64,000 nt of DNA from Thermoanaerobaculia bacterium (GTDB lineage: Bacteria; Acidobacteriota; Thermoanaerobaculia; UBA5066), in assembly GCA_963719225.1 (NCBI GenBank), contig CAVRAY010000001.1, positions 384,001-448,000 on the forward strand. The letters are read 5' to 3'. Below are positions 48,763 through 58,343 of the stretch, piece by piece. Numbering within the stretch: position 1 is the stretch's first letter; each line of letters opens with the position of its first letter. Below the pieces are notes generated by a model. It was not told where the DNA came from, did no database searches, and saw nothing but the letters and a program-made list of their open reading frames with translations. A program made the position numbers and the translations under genes.

Positions 48763-50493
48763 ATGGTCGAGGGCCGCCGGTTGAGATTCTGGGCCGCCGT
48801 GCTTCTCCTCGCCTCTCTGGGCTCGGCGCTCGTCTTCGATCACACGCGCCTCGACAGCCCGACGATGGACGAGCCGTTCCACACGCTCGCGGCGGCGGAA
48901 TACGCGATCGCGGGCACGTACTACGCGAACCTGGAGCACCCTCCCCTCGTGAAGCTCCTGTCGGGATTCGCGATCCGGGCGGCGGGAGGACGCGCGCCGA
49001 GGATGGAGGTCCCGTTCTCGATGGCGACGGCCGAGCAGCCCAGGCCGTTCAGCTTCAGCTCGCCGCTGCGTCCCGAGACGCTCTTCGCCGTCGCGCGCGC
49101 GCCGGTTCTCGCGCTGTTCTTCCTTCTCGTCGTCGTCGTCGGCGGGGCCGTGCGCTCGTGGGCAGGCGACCTCGCCGGAATCCTCGCGGCCGCGCTCGTC
49201 GCGTTCGAGCCCAATCTCCTCGCGCACGCGGGTGTCGTTCACACGGACCTCGCGGCCGCGCTGGGTTTCTTCGGGACGCTCGTTCTCGCGGTCAAGGCCC
49301 TCGAGCGCCGCTCGCTCGGCTTGTGGGCGGCGGCCGGCGCTGCTCTCGGCGCGAGCCTCGCCGCGAAGTTCTCGTGCGTCCTCCTCGTCCCGATGGTCGC
49401 GCTCCTCGCGCTGACCGGCCTCTTCCGGGAGCGTCGGGCCGCCGCCCGGGAAGGCCGCCTTCCGGATCTCGTCGCCCTCAAGGGGCTCCTTCTCGCGGGC
49501 GCGACGTCGCTCGCGGTCCTCCTCGGCTGCTACGCGATCGCCATGCGGCACATGAGCGGCGGCGAGGCCGCCAAGGCGGTGCGCCTTTTTCTCGTCACGC
49601 GGCAGGCGCCCGAGGCGACGATCGACCGGATCCTCGCGATCTCGCGGCTCGACAAGGAAGCCGGCCACTATGCGGCGGGTCTCGCGGGCATCGCCGTCCA
49701 GAACAAGACGGGCGGCGGCGTGAACACCCTCCGCGGAAAGCTCTCGGTGGACGGATTCTGGGAGTACTTCTTCGTCGCCTTCGCGGTGAAGAGCACGCTC
49801 GCCACGCTGGCGATTCTCCTGATCGCCTGCGCTGCGGGCATCGCGCGAAAGGTCCGCCCCGACCTCGTCCTGCTCACGCTCGTCCTCCCGCCGGCCTATC
49901 TCTTCCTGACCGGCATGGCGACGTCCTACAACATCGGTATCCGCCACATGCTGCCCGTGTACCCGCTCCTCCTCGCGGCAGCCGTTCTCGTTCTGTTCCG
50001 GTCTCTGTCCGCGCGCGCGGCCGCGGTCGTCCTCGCCGTTCTCGCCTCGGGGCAGGTCGTCGAGACCCTCAGCGTCCATCCGCACGAGCTCTCGTTCTTC
50101 AACGTCGCCGCGGGAGGGCCGGCGAACGGCGCGGCATGGCTGAACGACTCCAACCTGGACTGGGGACAGGACCTCGAGCGGCTCGCGCGCCGGCTCGAGG
50201 CGCGCGGCGAGGAAGGACGCACGACGATCGCGTATTTCGGCGGAGGCGACGTGCCGTACTACGCGCCAAAGGCGCGGGTGTTCATCCCGGCGCGGACACC
50301 GCTCACCCCCGGCCTCTGGGCGGTGTCCTCGTTCCTCATGTGCTGCGGGCCGGAGGCGATGGCCTTCCACGGCGATCCGGCCGCCGCCGTGGGCTTCCAG
50401 CAGCTTCGCCGAGAGATCTCCGCGCGCGGAACGCCCGTGGGTCGCGTGGGATACTCCATCGTCCTGTACGACCTGAAAGAAAAGAGCCCATGA
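48763..50493 (+). CDS. PMT/ArnT-like GT-C glycosyltransferase
   Basis: [26 protein letters not shown] and [10 protein letters not shown]. Confidence 0.8.
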   Translation: MVEGRRLRFWAAVLLLASLGSALVFDHTRLDSPTMDEPFHTLAAAEYAIAGTYYANLEHPPLVKLLSGFAIRAAGGRAPRMEVPFSMATAEQPRPFSFSSPLRPETLFAVARAPVLALFFLLVVVVGGAVRSWAGDLAGILAAALVAFEPNLLAHAGVVHTDLAAALGFFGTLVLAVKALERRSLGLWAAAGAALGASLAAKFSCVLLVPMVALLALTGLFRERRAAAREGRLPDLVALKGLLLAGATSLAVLLGCYAIAMRHMSGGEAAKAVRLFLVTRQAPEATIDRILAISRLDKEAGHYAAGLAGIAVQNKTGGGVNTLRGKLSVDGFWEYFFVAFAVKSTLATLAILLIACAAGIARKVRPDLVLLTLVLPPAYLFLTGMATSYNIGIRHMLPVYPLLLAAAVLVLFRSLSARAAAVVLAVLASGQVVETLSVHPHELSFFNVAAGGPANGAAWLNDSNLDWGQDLERLARRLEARGEEGRTTIAYFGGGDVPYYAPKARVFIPARTPLTPGLWAVSSFLMCCGPEAMAFHGDPAAAVGFQQLRREISARGTPVGRVGYSIVLYDLKEKSP

Positions 50494-51902
50494 AGCTGTC
50501 GATCGTGATGCCGGCGTACAACGAGCGCCGGACGATTCGCGAGATCCTCGCGCGGGTCAAGGCCGTCGACCTCGGAGACCTCGAGCGCGAGATCCTGATC
50601 GTGGACGACGGCTCGGAGGATGGCACGCGGGAGCTCCTCAAGGAGCTCGACGGCAAGGACGGCGTCCGCGTCCTGCTGCAGCCGCGCAACATGGGGAAGG
50701 GAGCGGCCGTCTGGGCCGGCATGCGGGCCTCGACGGGAGACCTCGTCGTCATCCAGGACGCGGACCTCGAGTACGACCCGGAGGAATACCCGGTGCTGCT
50801 CGGGCCGATTCTCGCCGGCAAGGCGGACGTCGTTTACGGATCCCGCTTCCTGGGAAGCCCTCACGGACACCGCGTCCTCTATTACTGGCATACCGTCGGA
50901 AACCGGCTGCTCACGCTCATGTCGAACCTCTTCACGGACCTGAACCTCTCCGACATGGAGACCTGCTACAAGGTCATGACGCGCGGCGTCGTGGACCGGC
51001 TCGATCTCAAATCGCAGCGTTTCGGCGTGGAGCCCGAGATCACGTGCAAGGTGGCGCGCATGCGCGCCCGGATCTTCGAGGTCCCCATCTCCTACAGCGG
51101 ACGAACTTACGAAGAGGGCAAGAAGATCGGCGCCAAGGACGCCTTCCAGGCCGTCTGGACGATTCTCAAGTACTTCCGCTGGGAGGCTCCGGACAGCGAC
51201 GTCGGAGCGATCACGCTGCGGCGGATGGGGGAGCTCTCCGTCTACAACCGCTGGCTTCACGATCGGGTCGACGGGTGGCTCGGGTCGCGTGTCCTCGAGG
51301 TCGGCTCGGGAGTCGGAAACCAGACCCGTTTCTTCGCCGACAAGGAACGGGTCATCGCCTCGGACATCGAGCCGCACTACGTTCGCGAGCTCCGCACACG
51401 GTTCGAAAAGCACGGAAACGTCCGCGTCGCCTCGTTCCGTTTTCCGCTCACCCCCCAGGACCGCGCCGATCTCGAAGCGGAGCGGATCGACTCGATCGTC
51501 TGCATGAACGTGCTCGAGCACATCGAGAACGACGCGGGAACGCTCGCGGATTTCTGCCGCGTCCTCCAGCCGGGAGGACACCTTGCGCTTCTCGTGCCCG
51601 CTCTTCCCGCCCTCTACGGCACGCTCGACGAGAACCTGCGCCACTACCGCCGCTACGAGAAGGGCGCCCTCGCGACCCTCGTGGGACACGCGGGATTCAC
51701 GGTGGAATCCGTCCGGTACCTGAACCGCCCCGGCGTCCTGGGCTGGTGGCTGAACTCGCGCGTCCTCAAGCGCCGCGTCCTTCCGAAGAGGCAGCTGGGG
51801 GCCTTCAAGTGGATCATGCCGCTGCTGGAGGCAGAGGAGAGGACGGAGCCGTCGTTCGGGATGTCCCTCCTCGTCCTCGCCCGGAAACCCCAAGCGGCGT
51901 GA
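50490..51902 (+). CDS. GT2 glycosyltransferase fused to class I SAM methyltransferase
   Basis: QDADLEYDP and DMETCYK in the N-terminal part; [18 protein letters not shown] and HYRRY in the C-terminal part. Confidence 0.88.
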   Translation: MKLSIVMPAYNERRTIREILARVKAVDLGDLEREILIVDDGSEDGTRELLKELDGKDGVRVLLQPRNMGKGAAVWAGMRASTGDLVVIQDADLEYDPEEYPVLLGPILAGKADVVYGSRFLGSPHGHRVLYYWHTVGNRLLTLMSNLFTDLNLSDMETCYKVMTRGVVDRLDLKSQRFGVEPEITCKVARMRARIFEVPISYSGRTYEEGKKIGAKDAFQAVWTILKYFRWEAPDSDVGAITLRRMGELSVYNRWLHDRVDGWLGSRVLEVGSGVGNQTRFFADKERVIASDIEPHYVRELRTRFEKHGNVRVASFRFPLTPQDRADLEAERIDSIVCMNVLEHIENDAGTLADFCRVLQPGGHLALLVPALPALYGTLDENLRHYRRYEKGALATLVGHAGFTVESVRYLNRPGVLGWWLNSRVLKRRVLPKRQLGAFKWIMPLLEAEERTEPSFGMSLLVLARKPQAA

Positions 51903-54133
51903 AGCAAAAGGCGCCGGACCTGGTACCGGCTCTCGTCCTCGTGTTCGGCGCCGCGGCGCTTCGCTTCGCGCCCTTTCTGGCCGGCGGCACGCTGTACCGC
52001 CGCGACGCGGGCTTCTTCTTCGTCCCCTGGAGGCTCGTTCTCGCGAGATTCTTCCGGGCGGGCGAGGCGCCGTTCTGGAACGAGTGGATGTCGGCCGGAA
52101 GGGCCTTCGCGGCCGATCCCAACGCCGCGGTTTTCTGGCCCCTGTCGCCCCTTCTCCTCGTCGTCTCGCCGACCGTCCTCGCCCTCGCGAACGCCGCTCT
52201 CCTTCTGGGCGTCTTCTTCTTCGCGCTCCGCCGAATCGGGCTCTCGGCGACGGCGTCCGGCGCCGGGACGCTCGTCCTTCTCTTCTCGGGTGTCTTCCAG
52301 GCGCTGCCTGTTTACGCGACGACGTGCGCGGCGGCCGTTCCGCTTTCCCTAGCGCTCGTCGAGGCCCCGCGCCTTTCCGCGCGCGAGCCCGCCATCCGCC
52401 GCCGCGCCTGTGCTTTCGCGGCGCTCGCCTTCGGCCTTTCCGCGCTCGGCGGCGAGCCCGCGGTGACGCTGATGGGCGCCGCGGCCTTCGTCGCGGTCGC
52501 GATCGGCGCGGCAAAGGGATCGCGCCCGCGCGCGACGGCCGGCGGCGTCTTCGCGCTCGCCCTCGGGATCGGGATCGCCGCGATCCAGGTCCTTCCGGCG
52601 GCCCTCGAGGTGGCCCGGTCCGCTCGTGGCGCGGGGATGCGTCCCGAGCACGGCGCCCTCTTCTGGTCCGTGCGTCCGGCACGCGTCCTGACGCTCCTCG
52701 AGCCCCGCCTCACGGGAGATCCGCCGGGGGACACGGCCTCGTTCTGGGGCTCGGGCACGTTCGACGCGGGAAATCCGTACTTCGAGGACCTCGCGCTCGG
52801 CCTCGTGCCCCTCCTTTTCGCGGCGGCCGCGTGCCGCGATCGGCGCGGGCGCGCGGCGCTTCTCCTCGCGGGGTCGGGAACGGTTCTTTCCTTCGGGCGG
52901 TTCCTGCCAGGCTACTCGGTCCTCGCCGCGGCGCTCCCGGTGATCCGGTATCCGGAGAAGTGGTGGCTGCTCGTGACGCTCGCGCTCGCGGCGGCGGCGG
53001 CGGTCGGCGTCGAGGCAGTCTTTTTAGGCGAGGCGGAGGTTCGGGAATCGGCGCGAAGGATTTTGCTGAAGACCGCCGTGGGAATGGCTCTCGTCTGCGG
53101 CGCGCTGCTCGCTTTGGCGTTCGGCGCTGAAGATTTTCTTAGAAAGGGCATATGGGCTGTGGGACTGGGCGCCGGATCCACTTCTGCTGCGGCCGTGGCT
53201 TCGGCTCTTCGCCCCCACCTCATTCTAGGAACTCTTAGTCTTGTCGTCATCGCGGCACTCACATCGCTCGTCACGCACAACTGCCAGCCCGAACCCCTCT
53301 TCACCTTCGAGGAGAAGCTGCGCAGCCCGCTGCTTCTCGCCGGCATTCTCGGCGTGCTGTTCTTCACCGACGCCGCGCGGCGCGTCGCCGGAACCTGCCC
53401 CGCGGGGCCGCCGGATCTCTACCGCAAGGAGACGCCCGCGGTCGCGCTCGTCGGGAAGGAGGCCGGTGCCGGCCGTTTCTACGACGACGGTGCGGACGAT
53501 GCCCCGACCGCGGCGCGAAGGACGCGCGAGGCCGGCGGCCTCGACCTCCTTCGTCCCGTCACGGGAACGGCTTTCGGCATCCGGTACGCGGGGGAGAACG
53601 ATGTGGACCGAATGACGGCGGCCCCGTCGGTGCGGTTCGCGAGCCAGACGGCGGGCCTGGGCTGGTGGCCGGAGAAGGTCGCGCGCCTGCGCCGGCTCGG
53701 AGTTGCCATCGTCCGCACCGCGGTTTCGCCTCCCGATCCGACCGGCGTCGTCGAGCTCGGGCGCTTCGGGGGCGATCGGATCCTGCGCATCGAGGGAACG
53801 CGCGACGAGTTCGCGGTCCTGCCGGCGGGAGGCGGACGCGTGACGGTCGAGGAACGCGGCGCGAATTTCGCGCGTCTCGCCCTCCACGTCGCGCTGCCCG
53901 CCGCGATCCTTTCCGTCTCGCGGAGCTTCGATCCGAACTGGCACGCCCTCCTGGACGGGAAAGAGCTCGTCCTCCGCCCCGCGGACGGTTTTCTGACGGC
54001 CGCGGACGTGCCGCAGGGAGACCACGAGCTCGTCCTTCGGTACCGCAATCCCGCTTTCGCGGCCGGAGGGGCGCTGTCGATCGCATCGCTTCTTTTCGTC
54101 GCTCTTCTCGCACGATCTCCCGGCGGGCCATGA
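51899..54133 (+). CDS. YfhO-like multi-pass membrane protein (GT-C)
   Basis: YRRD..FFFVP, PFWNEW..G..FAADPN, GGEP, RYPEK; C-terminal [18 protein letters not shown]. Confidence 0.75.
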   Translation: MKQKAPDLVPALVLVFGAAALRFAPFLAGGTLYRRDAGFFFVPWRLVLARFFRAGEAPFWNEWMSAGRAFAADPNAAVFWPLSPLLLVVSPTVLALANAALLLGVFFFALRRIGLSATASGAGTLVLLFSGVFQALPVYATTCAAAVPLSLALVEAPRLSAREPAIRRRACAFAALAFGLSALGGEPAVTLMGAAAFVAVAIGAAKGSRPRATAGGVFALALGIGIAAIQVLPAALEVARSARGAGMRPEHGALFWSVRPARVLTLLEPRLTGDPPGDTASFWGSGTFDAGNPYFEDLALGLVPLLFAAAACRDRRGRAALLLAGSGTVLSFGRFLPGYSVLAAALPVIRYPEKWWLLVTLALAAAAAVGVEAVFLGEAEVRESARRILLKTAVGMALVCGALLALAFGAEDFLRKGIWAVGLGAGSTSAAAVASALRPHLILGTLSLVVIAALTSLVTHNCQPEPLFTFEEKLRSPLLLAGILGVLFFTDAARRVAGTCPAGPPDLYRKETPAVALVGKEAGAGRFYDDGADDAPTAARRTREAGGLDLLRPVTGTAFGIRYAGENDVDRMTAAPSVRFASQTAGLGWWPEKVARLRRLGVAIVRTAVSPPDPTGVVELGRFGGDRILRIEGTRDEFAVLPAGGGRVTVEERGANFARLALHVALPAAILSVSRSFDPNWHALLDGKELVLRPADGFLTAADVPQGDHELVLRYRNPAFAAGGALSIASLLFVALLARSPGGP
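53135..53156 (+). repeat. intragenic TTTCTTAGAA motif, copy D
   Basis: TTTCTTAGAAAGGGCATATGGG; shares the 16-mer GAAGATTTTCTTAGAA with copy B. Confidence 0.7.
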
Positions 54134-56235
54134 AGGCCTCTCTCCGCGCCCGCCTCCCGCTTGCGGCGGCGATCGTCCTCGCTCTCCTGCCGTTCCGCGA
54201 GTTCCTCGGTTCCGGAGTGCCGTCCGGCCGCGACCTCCTTTTCTATTTCTTTCCGCTCAAAGCCCACCTCGTCGAGGCGGTGACGCGCGGCGAGATGCCG
54301 TGGGTGGACCGTTTTCGATGGGGCGGATCGCCGCTCCTGGGCGCGCCTTCGGCGGCCCCCTTCGACCCCGCGAACATCCTCTTTCTGGTCCTGCCGCTCG
54401 GTGCGGCCATGAAGGCGTGGATCCTCCTCCACCTCGGCGTCGCGCTCGCGGGTTTCGCCGCGTTCACGCGGCGCCTCGGGCTCGAGCGCGGGCCGGCAGC
54501 CGTCGCCGGGCTCGTCTTCGCGCTCGGTGGCACGACCGTGTCGCTCGCCGCGTTTCCACCCACGCTTTCCGCCCTCTCGATCCTCCCCTGGTTCGCCGCG
54601 TTCGTGTTCGACCTCGTCCGTGCACCGGGAAGGCGCACGACGGCGGCCGTCGCCGCCTCCGCCGCTCTGATCCTCCTCGCCACGTCGCCCGAGCTCATTT
54701 TCTTCTCGGCGTGTGTCGCCGTTGCGGTCTTCTTCTCGGCGCGCCGCGAGGCCGGGACCTGGCGCCAGGCGATGCGTCCTCTGACTCTCCTCGCGCTGAG
54801 CGCGCTTCTTGCCGGCGGCCTCGGCGCGATCGCGCTCCTGCCGGCGGCCGCCACCGCCGAGCGCAGCGTCCGCTCGCCGGGGGGCGGCCTGGGAACCGGA
54901 GCCGCGTCGATCAAGCCGCTCGCTGTCCCGCGACTTCCCGAACTCCTCTTCGACGGGGTGGTCGCGGACTGGACGGTCGTCGCGGTGGTGCCGCGCGTCC
55001 CGGACTATCCGTTTCTCCCCTCCCTGACGCCGGGGCGCGTCGCGTGGGCGCTCGTCCTCGCGGGGCTGCTCCGAAAAGGCACCGGGCGGATCGCCGCAAT
55101 CGGTATCGCTCTTTTCGGAACCCTGCTCGCGCTCGGCGACGCGACGCCGTTCTTCGGCCTCGTGGCAAGAGCGGTCCCTCTCCTCGCGCGGATCCGGTAC
55201 CCGGAAAGACACGTGATCCTCGCGGGCTTCGGTCTCGCCTGGCTCGCCGCTCTCGGCATCTCGCGGCTCGCAGCTGCCGTCTCGCCTCGCGCCCGGAAGG
55301 TCGTCCTCGTGCTCCTCGCCCTTGCGGTCTTCGTGGACCGCGAAGGAGTCGCGCGCCGCCTCTCGCCGGTCGAGGACGCGTCCCTCCTGACAAAACGGCC
55401 TCCTCTTCTCGCGTCGTTGCCGGAGGCTTCCGGGGACGCGCCGCCACCTCGTCTCTTCTTCAACGATGCCTACCAGCCCGTTCCGATGTACGACACGCGC
55501 GACATCGTGGCCGTGAGCCGGGTCGGGTGCCAGACGCTCCTTCCCGCGTACGCGTCGCTCTTCGGCGTCGGCTACCAATTCGAGCTCGACTACGACCTCT
55601 CCCTCTCCGCGGAGGCGTTCGAGTGGACGCGGCTCCTTTCGAAGGCGGTGCCGAAGACGCCTTCTCTCGCTTTGCGTTTCGTCCGCGCCGCCGGTGTTTC
55701 GGCAATCCTGAAGAGCGATCGCGAGGCGGACGGGCGCTACCACCCGCACCTGATGAAGATCTTCAATCCCCTGCCGCCGTACCGCTTCGCGGCGCGTGTC
55801 GTCGCCTCCGGCGATGCGTCGTCGGTCTTCTCGAAGCTTCTCGAGGACGGCTTTTCCGCCGACACGGCGTACGTCGACACCGCGCTGCCGGGCGTTCCCG
55901 CTCTTCCCGCGGCTGGCCGGATCCTCTCAGCGGTCGACCGGCCTTCCGGGCTCCTCCTCGACGTCGAGGTGGACGGTCCGGCGCCGGGTTTCCTCATGCT
56001 CTACCGCCTGCGTGAAGCGGCGGAAGAGGCGACGCTCGACGGGCGTCCCGTTCCGGTCTCGCAGGTGGCCTTCGGGTTCGCGGGCCTCCCGGTCCCGCCG
56101 GGGAGACATGCTTTGCGATTGCGGCCCGACACGCGCTGGGTGAAGATCGGGGCGTTGATCTCCACCCTCACGGCGCTCGGTCTGGCCGCCGCCCTGCTCT
56201 CTCCCAGGCACCGCGCCGCATCCGGGAGCGCATGA
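54130..56235 (+). CDS. YfhO-like multi-pass membrane protein (GT-C)
   Basis: RDLLFYFFP, PW...GGSPL, RYPER and C-terminal VPPGRHALRL. Confidence 0.75.
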   Translation: MKASLRARLPLAAAIVLALLPFREFLGSGVPSGRDLLFYFFPLKAHLVEAVTRGEMPWVDRFRWGGSPLLGAPSAAPFDPANILFLVLPLGAAMKAWILLHLGVALAGFAAFTRRLGLERGPAAVAGLVFALGGTTVSLAAFPPTLSALSILPWFAAFVFDLVRAPGRRTTAAVAASAALILLATSPELIFFSACVAVAVFFSARREAGTWRQAMRPLTLLALSALLAGGLGAIALLPAAATAERSVRSPGGGLGTGAASIKPLAVPRLPELLFDGVVADWTVVAVVPRVPDYPFLPSLTPGRVAWALVLAGLLRKGTGRIAAIGIALFGTLLALGDATPFFGLVARAVPLLARIRYPERHVILAGFGLAWLAALGISRLAAAVSPRARKVVLVLLALAVFVDREGVARRLSPVEDASLLTKRPPLLASLPEASGDAPPPRLFFNDAYQPVPMYDTRDIVAVSRVGCQTLLPAYASLFGVGYQFELDYDLSLSAEAFEWTRLLSKAVPKTPSLALRFVRAAGVSAILKSDREADGRYHPHLMKIFNPLPPYRFAARVVASGDASSVFSKLLEDGFSADTAYVDTALPGVPALPAAGRILSAVDRPSGLLLDVEVDGPAPGFLMLYRLREAAEEATLDGRPVPVSQVAFGFAGLPVPPGRHALRLRPDTRWVKIGALISTLTALGLAAALLSPRHRAASGSA

Positions 56236-57662
56236 GCCTGGAGCCGGCTGCCCGCCGCCGCGCCGCCCTGTACGGCGGGGCGACCCTCGTTGCCGCGCTC
56301 GCGCTGTGGGCGATCCCGGCCTTCATCTCCCGTCTCGTCCCGGACGTGGTGGTTCGCCGGACGTACGTCGAAGCCGACGCCGCCATGAAGACCGAGGCGG
56401 TCAAGCTCCTCGGCGAATACGTCCGGATCGACACCTCGAATCCCCCGGGGCACACACGCCCCGCGATCGAGTTCCTCACCCGAATCCTCGAGTGCGAAGG
56501 GATTCCCGTGACGGTCACCGGCGCCGATCCGGAGCGCCCGATTCTCGTGGCTCGTCTCAAGGGCCGGACCTCCGAGGGGGCGCTCGCGCTTTACAACCAC
56601 GCGGACGTGGTTCCGGCCGGGGACCTCACGAAGTGGACGAAGCCGCCCTTCGCGGGAGAGCGCGGCGAGGGCCGTGACAGAGACCACCTCTTCGGCCGGG
56701 GAACGCTCGACATGAAGGGACAGACGATTGCGAACGTCCTCGCGCTCGCCTCCCTCGTGCGGGCGGGCGTCGTTCCCCTTCGCGACATCGTTTTCGTCGT
56801 GGAATCCGGAGAGGAGACCTATGACGAGAGCCTCGGGATGATCTGGATCATGGACCACCGTCCGGACCTTCTCCGGGGCGTGACGGACGTCTTCAACGAG
56901 GGAGGCGTCAACGAGGTCAGGACGCAGCAGGTCGAGCGCTTCGGCATCGAGGTCATGCAGAAAGCAATCCTCTCCGTGGACGTTCTCGCGAAGGAGCAGA
57001 AGCCGCTGGAGGATTTCGCGGCGTTTCTGAAGGTCGAGGATGAAAAAGAGCCGATACGCGTGGTGCCCGCCGTGCGGGAGTTCCTGCGATTCATCGCCCC
57101 CTCGCGCTCGGACGTCTGGGGCCGCCGAATGATCGGAGAGGCCGAGAAGATCGGCCCCGGAACGGAGTTCTGGCAGTACGTTCCCGAGGTCTATCGGGCC
57201 CTCCTCAGGGACAGCATCTACATGGGAGCGATCCAGAAGGAACCGGGCGGCTTCTCCATGCGCGTCGTGAAGACGCTCTTGCCCGGGAGCCCGGTCGCCG
57301 CCGCCAGGGGCCGGCTCGACGGCTGGCTTCGGGAGCGGAACCTCCGTCTGCGCGTCATTATGGCGACCGCGGACTCCGTGTCGAGCGCCGCGGAGGGACG
57401 CGCCTACCGGTGCGTCGAGAACGTGTTCAGCATGGACGAGGCGCATGCCCCGGTCGGGCCTTACATCCTGAGCAACCAGTACACGTCGTCCCAGGGGATT
57501 CGGGCGCGCGGCCTTCGCGCCTACGGTGTCTCCCCTTTCGCCGTGAGCATTTACGACGCGTTGTCGATTCATCACGAGAACGAGCGCATTTCCCTGCCGT
57601 TCTTCGTCGATGGAATCGAGCGGATGAGGCGGATCCTCTTCGAGTTCGCGACCTCGCCCTGA
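56232..57662 (+). CDS. membrane-anchored M20/M25/M40 metallo-hydrolase
   Basis: RIDTSNPPG, HADVV, GRGTLDMKG, GEE, NEGG and IHHENE. Confidence 0.85.
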   Translation: MSLEPAARRRAALYGGATLVAALALWAIPAFISRLVPDVVVRRTYVEADAAMKTEAVKLLGEYVRIDTSNPPGHTRPAIEFLTRILECEGIPVTVTGADPERPILVARLKGRTSEGALALYNHADVVPAGDLTKWTKPPFAGERGEGRDRDHLFGRGTLDMKGQTIANVLALASLVRAGVVPLRDIVFVVESGEETYDESLGMIWIMDHRPDLLRGVTDVFNEGGVNEVRTQQVERFGIEVMQKAILSVDVLAKEQKPLEDFAAFLKVEDEKEPIRVVPAVREFLRFIAPSRSDVWGRRMIGEAEKIGPGTEFWQYVPEVYRALLRDSIYMGAIQKEPGGFSMRVVKTLLPGSPVAAARGRLDGWLRERNLRLRVIMATADSVSSAAEGRAYRCVENVFSMDEAHAPVGPYILSNQYTSSQGIRARGLRAYGVSPFAVSIYDALSIHHENERISLPFFVDGIERMRRILFEFATSP

Positions 57663-57696
57663 GCGGTCCGGCTGCTACACTCCGGACCCGGGCTCG

Positions 57697-57713
57697 CTGG
57701 CACGCTCCTCGCG
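57697..57713 (+). promoter_or_regulatory. candidate sigma54 promoter
   Basis: CTGGCACGCTCCTCGCG gives TGGCACG-N4-TCGC, ~50 nt upstream of an SD-led ATG. Confidence 0.45.
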
Positions 57714-57763
57714 TCATCGAGCTTCACGTGCCGGCCCGGCCGGCATCCCGTTCAGGAGTACCG

Positions 57764-58327
57764 ATGAAGGTCCCGCTCGTTTTCTTCGCAGGCCTGGCGC
57801 TCGCGGCCCTTCCTTCTGCCGCGCAGGTGCAGGTGCAGACGAAGCAGATCGGTCCCACGCCCGGATCGAACTCCCCCGGCACCGGCGCGCCGGCCGCGCA
57901 GCCCACGCCACCGCCCTGTCCCGGCATGGCCGGCCTCGAGGTCGGCCAGACCCGCACGTTTTCGTTCGAGCGCATGGCTCTGCGCGAGCCCGCGAAAAAG
58001 ACGGTGACGCGCGACCTCAAGGTCGTGCACACCCCGGCGGGGCGCCCGTGGACGGTCGACGTCACGTACGCGTCCGATGCGCTCGACGCGAAAGTCGTGG
58101 CGCTCCATTACCTGCTCGACCCGCCCTCGGGTCTCTACGAAGGCATCCTCGAAAGGTACGGCAAAGGCACGCCCGTCGCGTCCGAATCCGGCGTGTCGTC
58201 GTGGGACATCCCGCATTGCAGCGTGCGCCTTCGTTACCGCATGGGGGTCTCGGAAAAGCAGCGCCGGGTGGAGGAGCTCTGGGTCGAGCCGCTGACGTCG
58301 AGAAACGCCACCGCCCGGAAGCGCTGA
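57764..58327 (+). CDS. hypothetical secreted protein
   Basis: SD AGGAG, signal peptide and Pro-rich linker; no recognisable domain. Confidence 0.7.
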   Translation: MKVPLVFFAGLALAALPSAAQVQVQTKQIGPTPGSNSPGTGAPAAQPTPPPCPGMAGLEVGQTRTFSFERMALREPAKKTVTRDLKVVHTPAGRPWTVDVTYASDALDAKVVALHYLLDPPSGLYEGILERYGKGTPVASESGVSSWDIPHCSVRLRYRMGVSEKQRRVEELWVEPLTSRNATARKR

Positions 58328-58343
58328 CCGGCTTTCCCCCACG

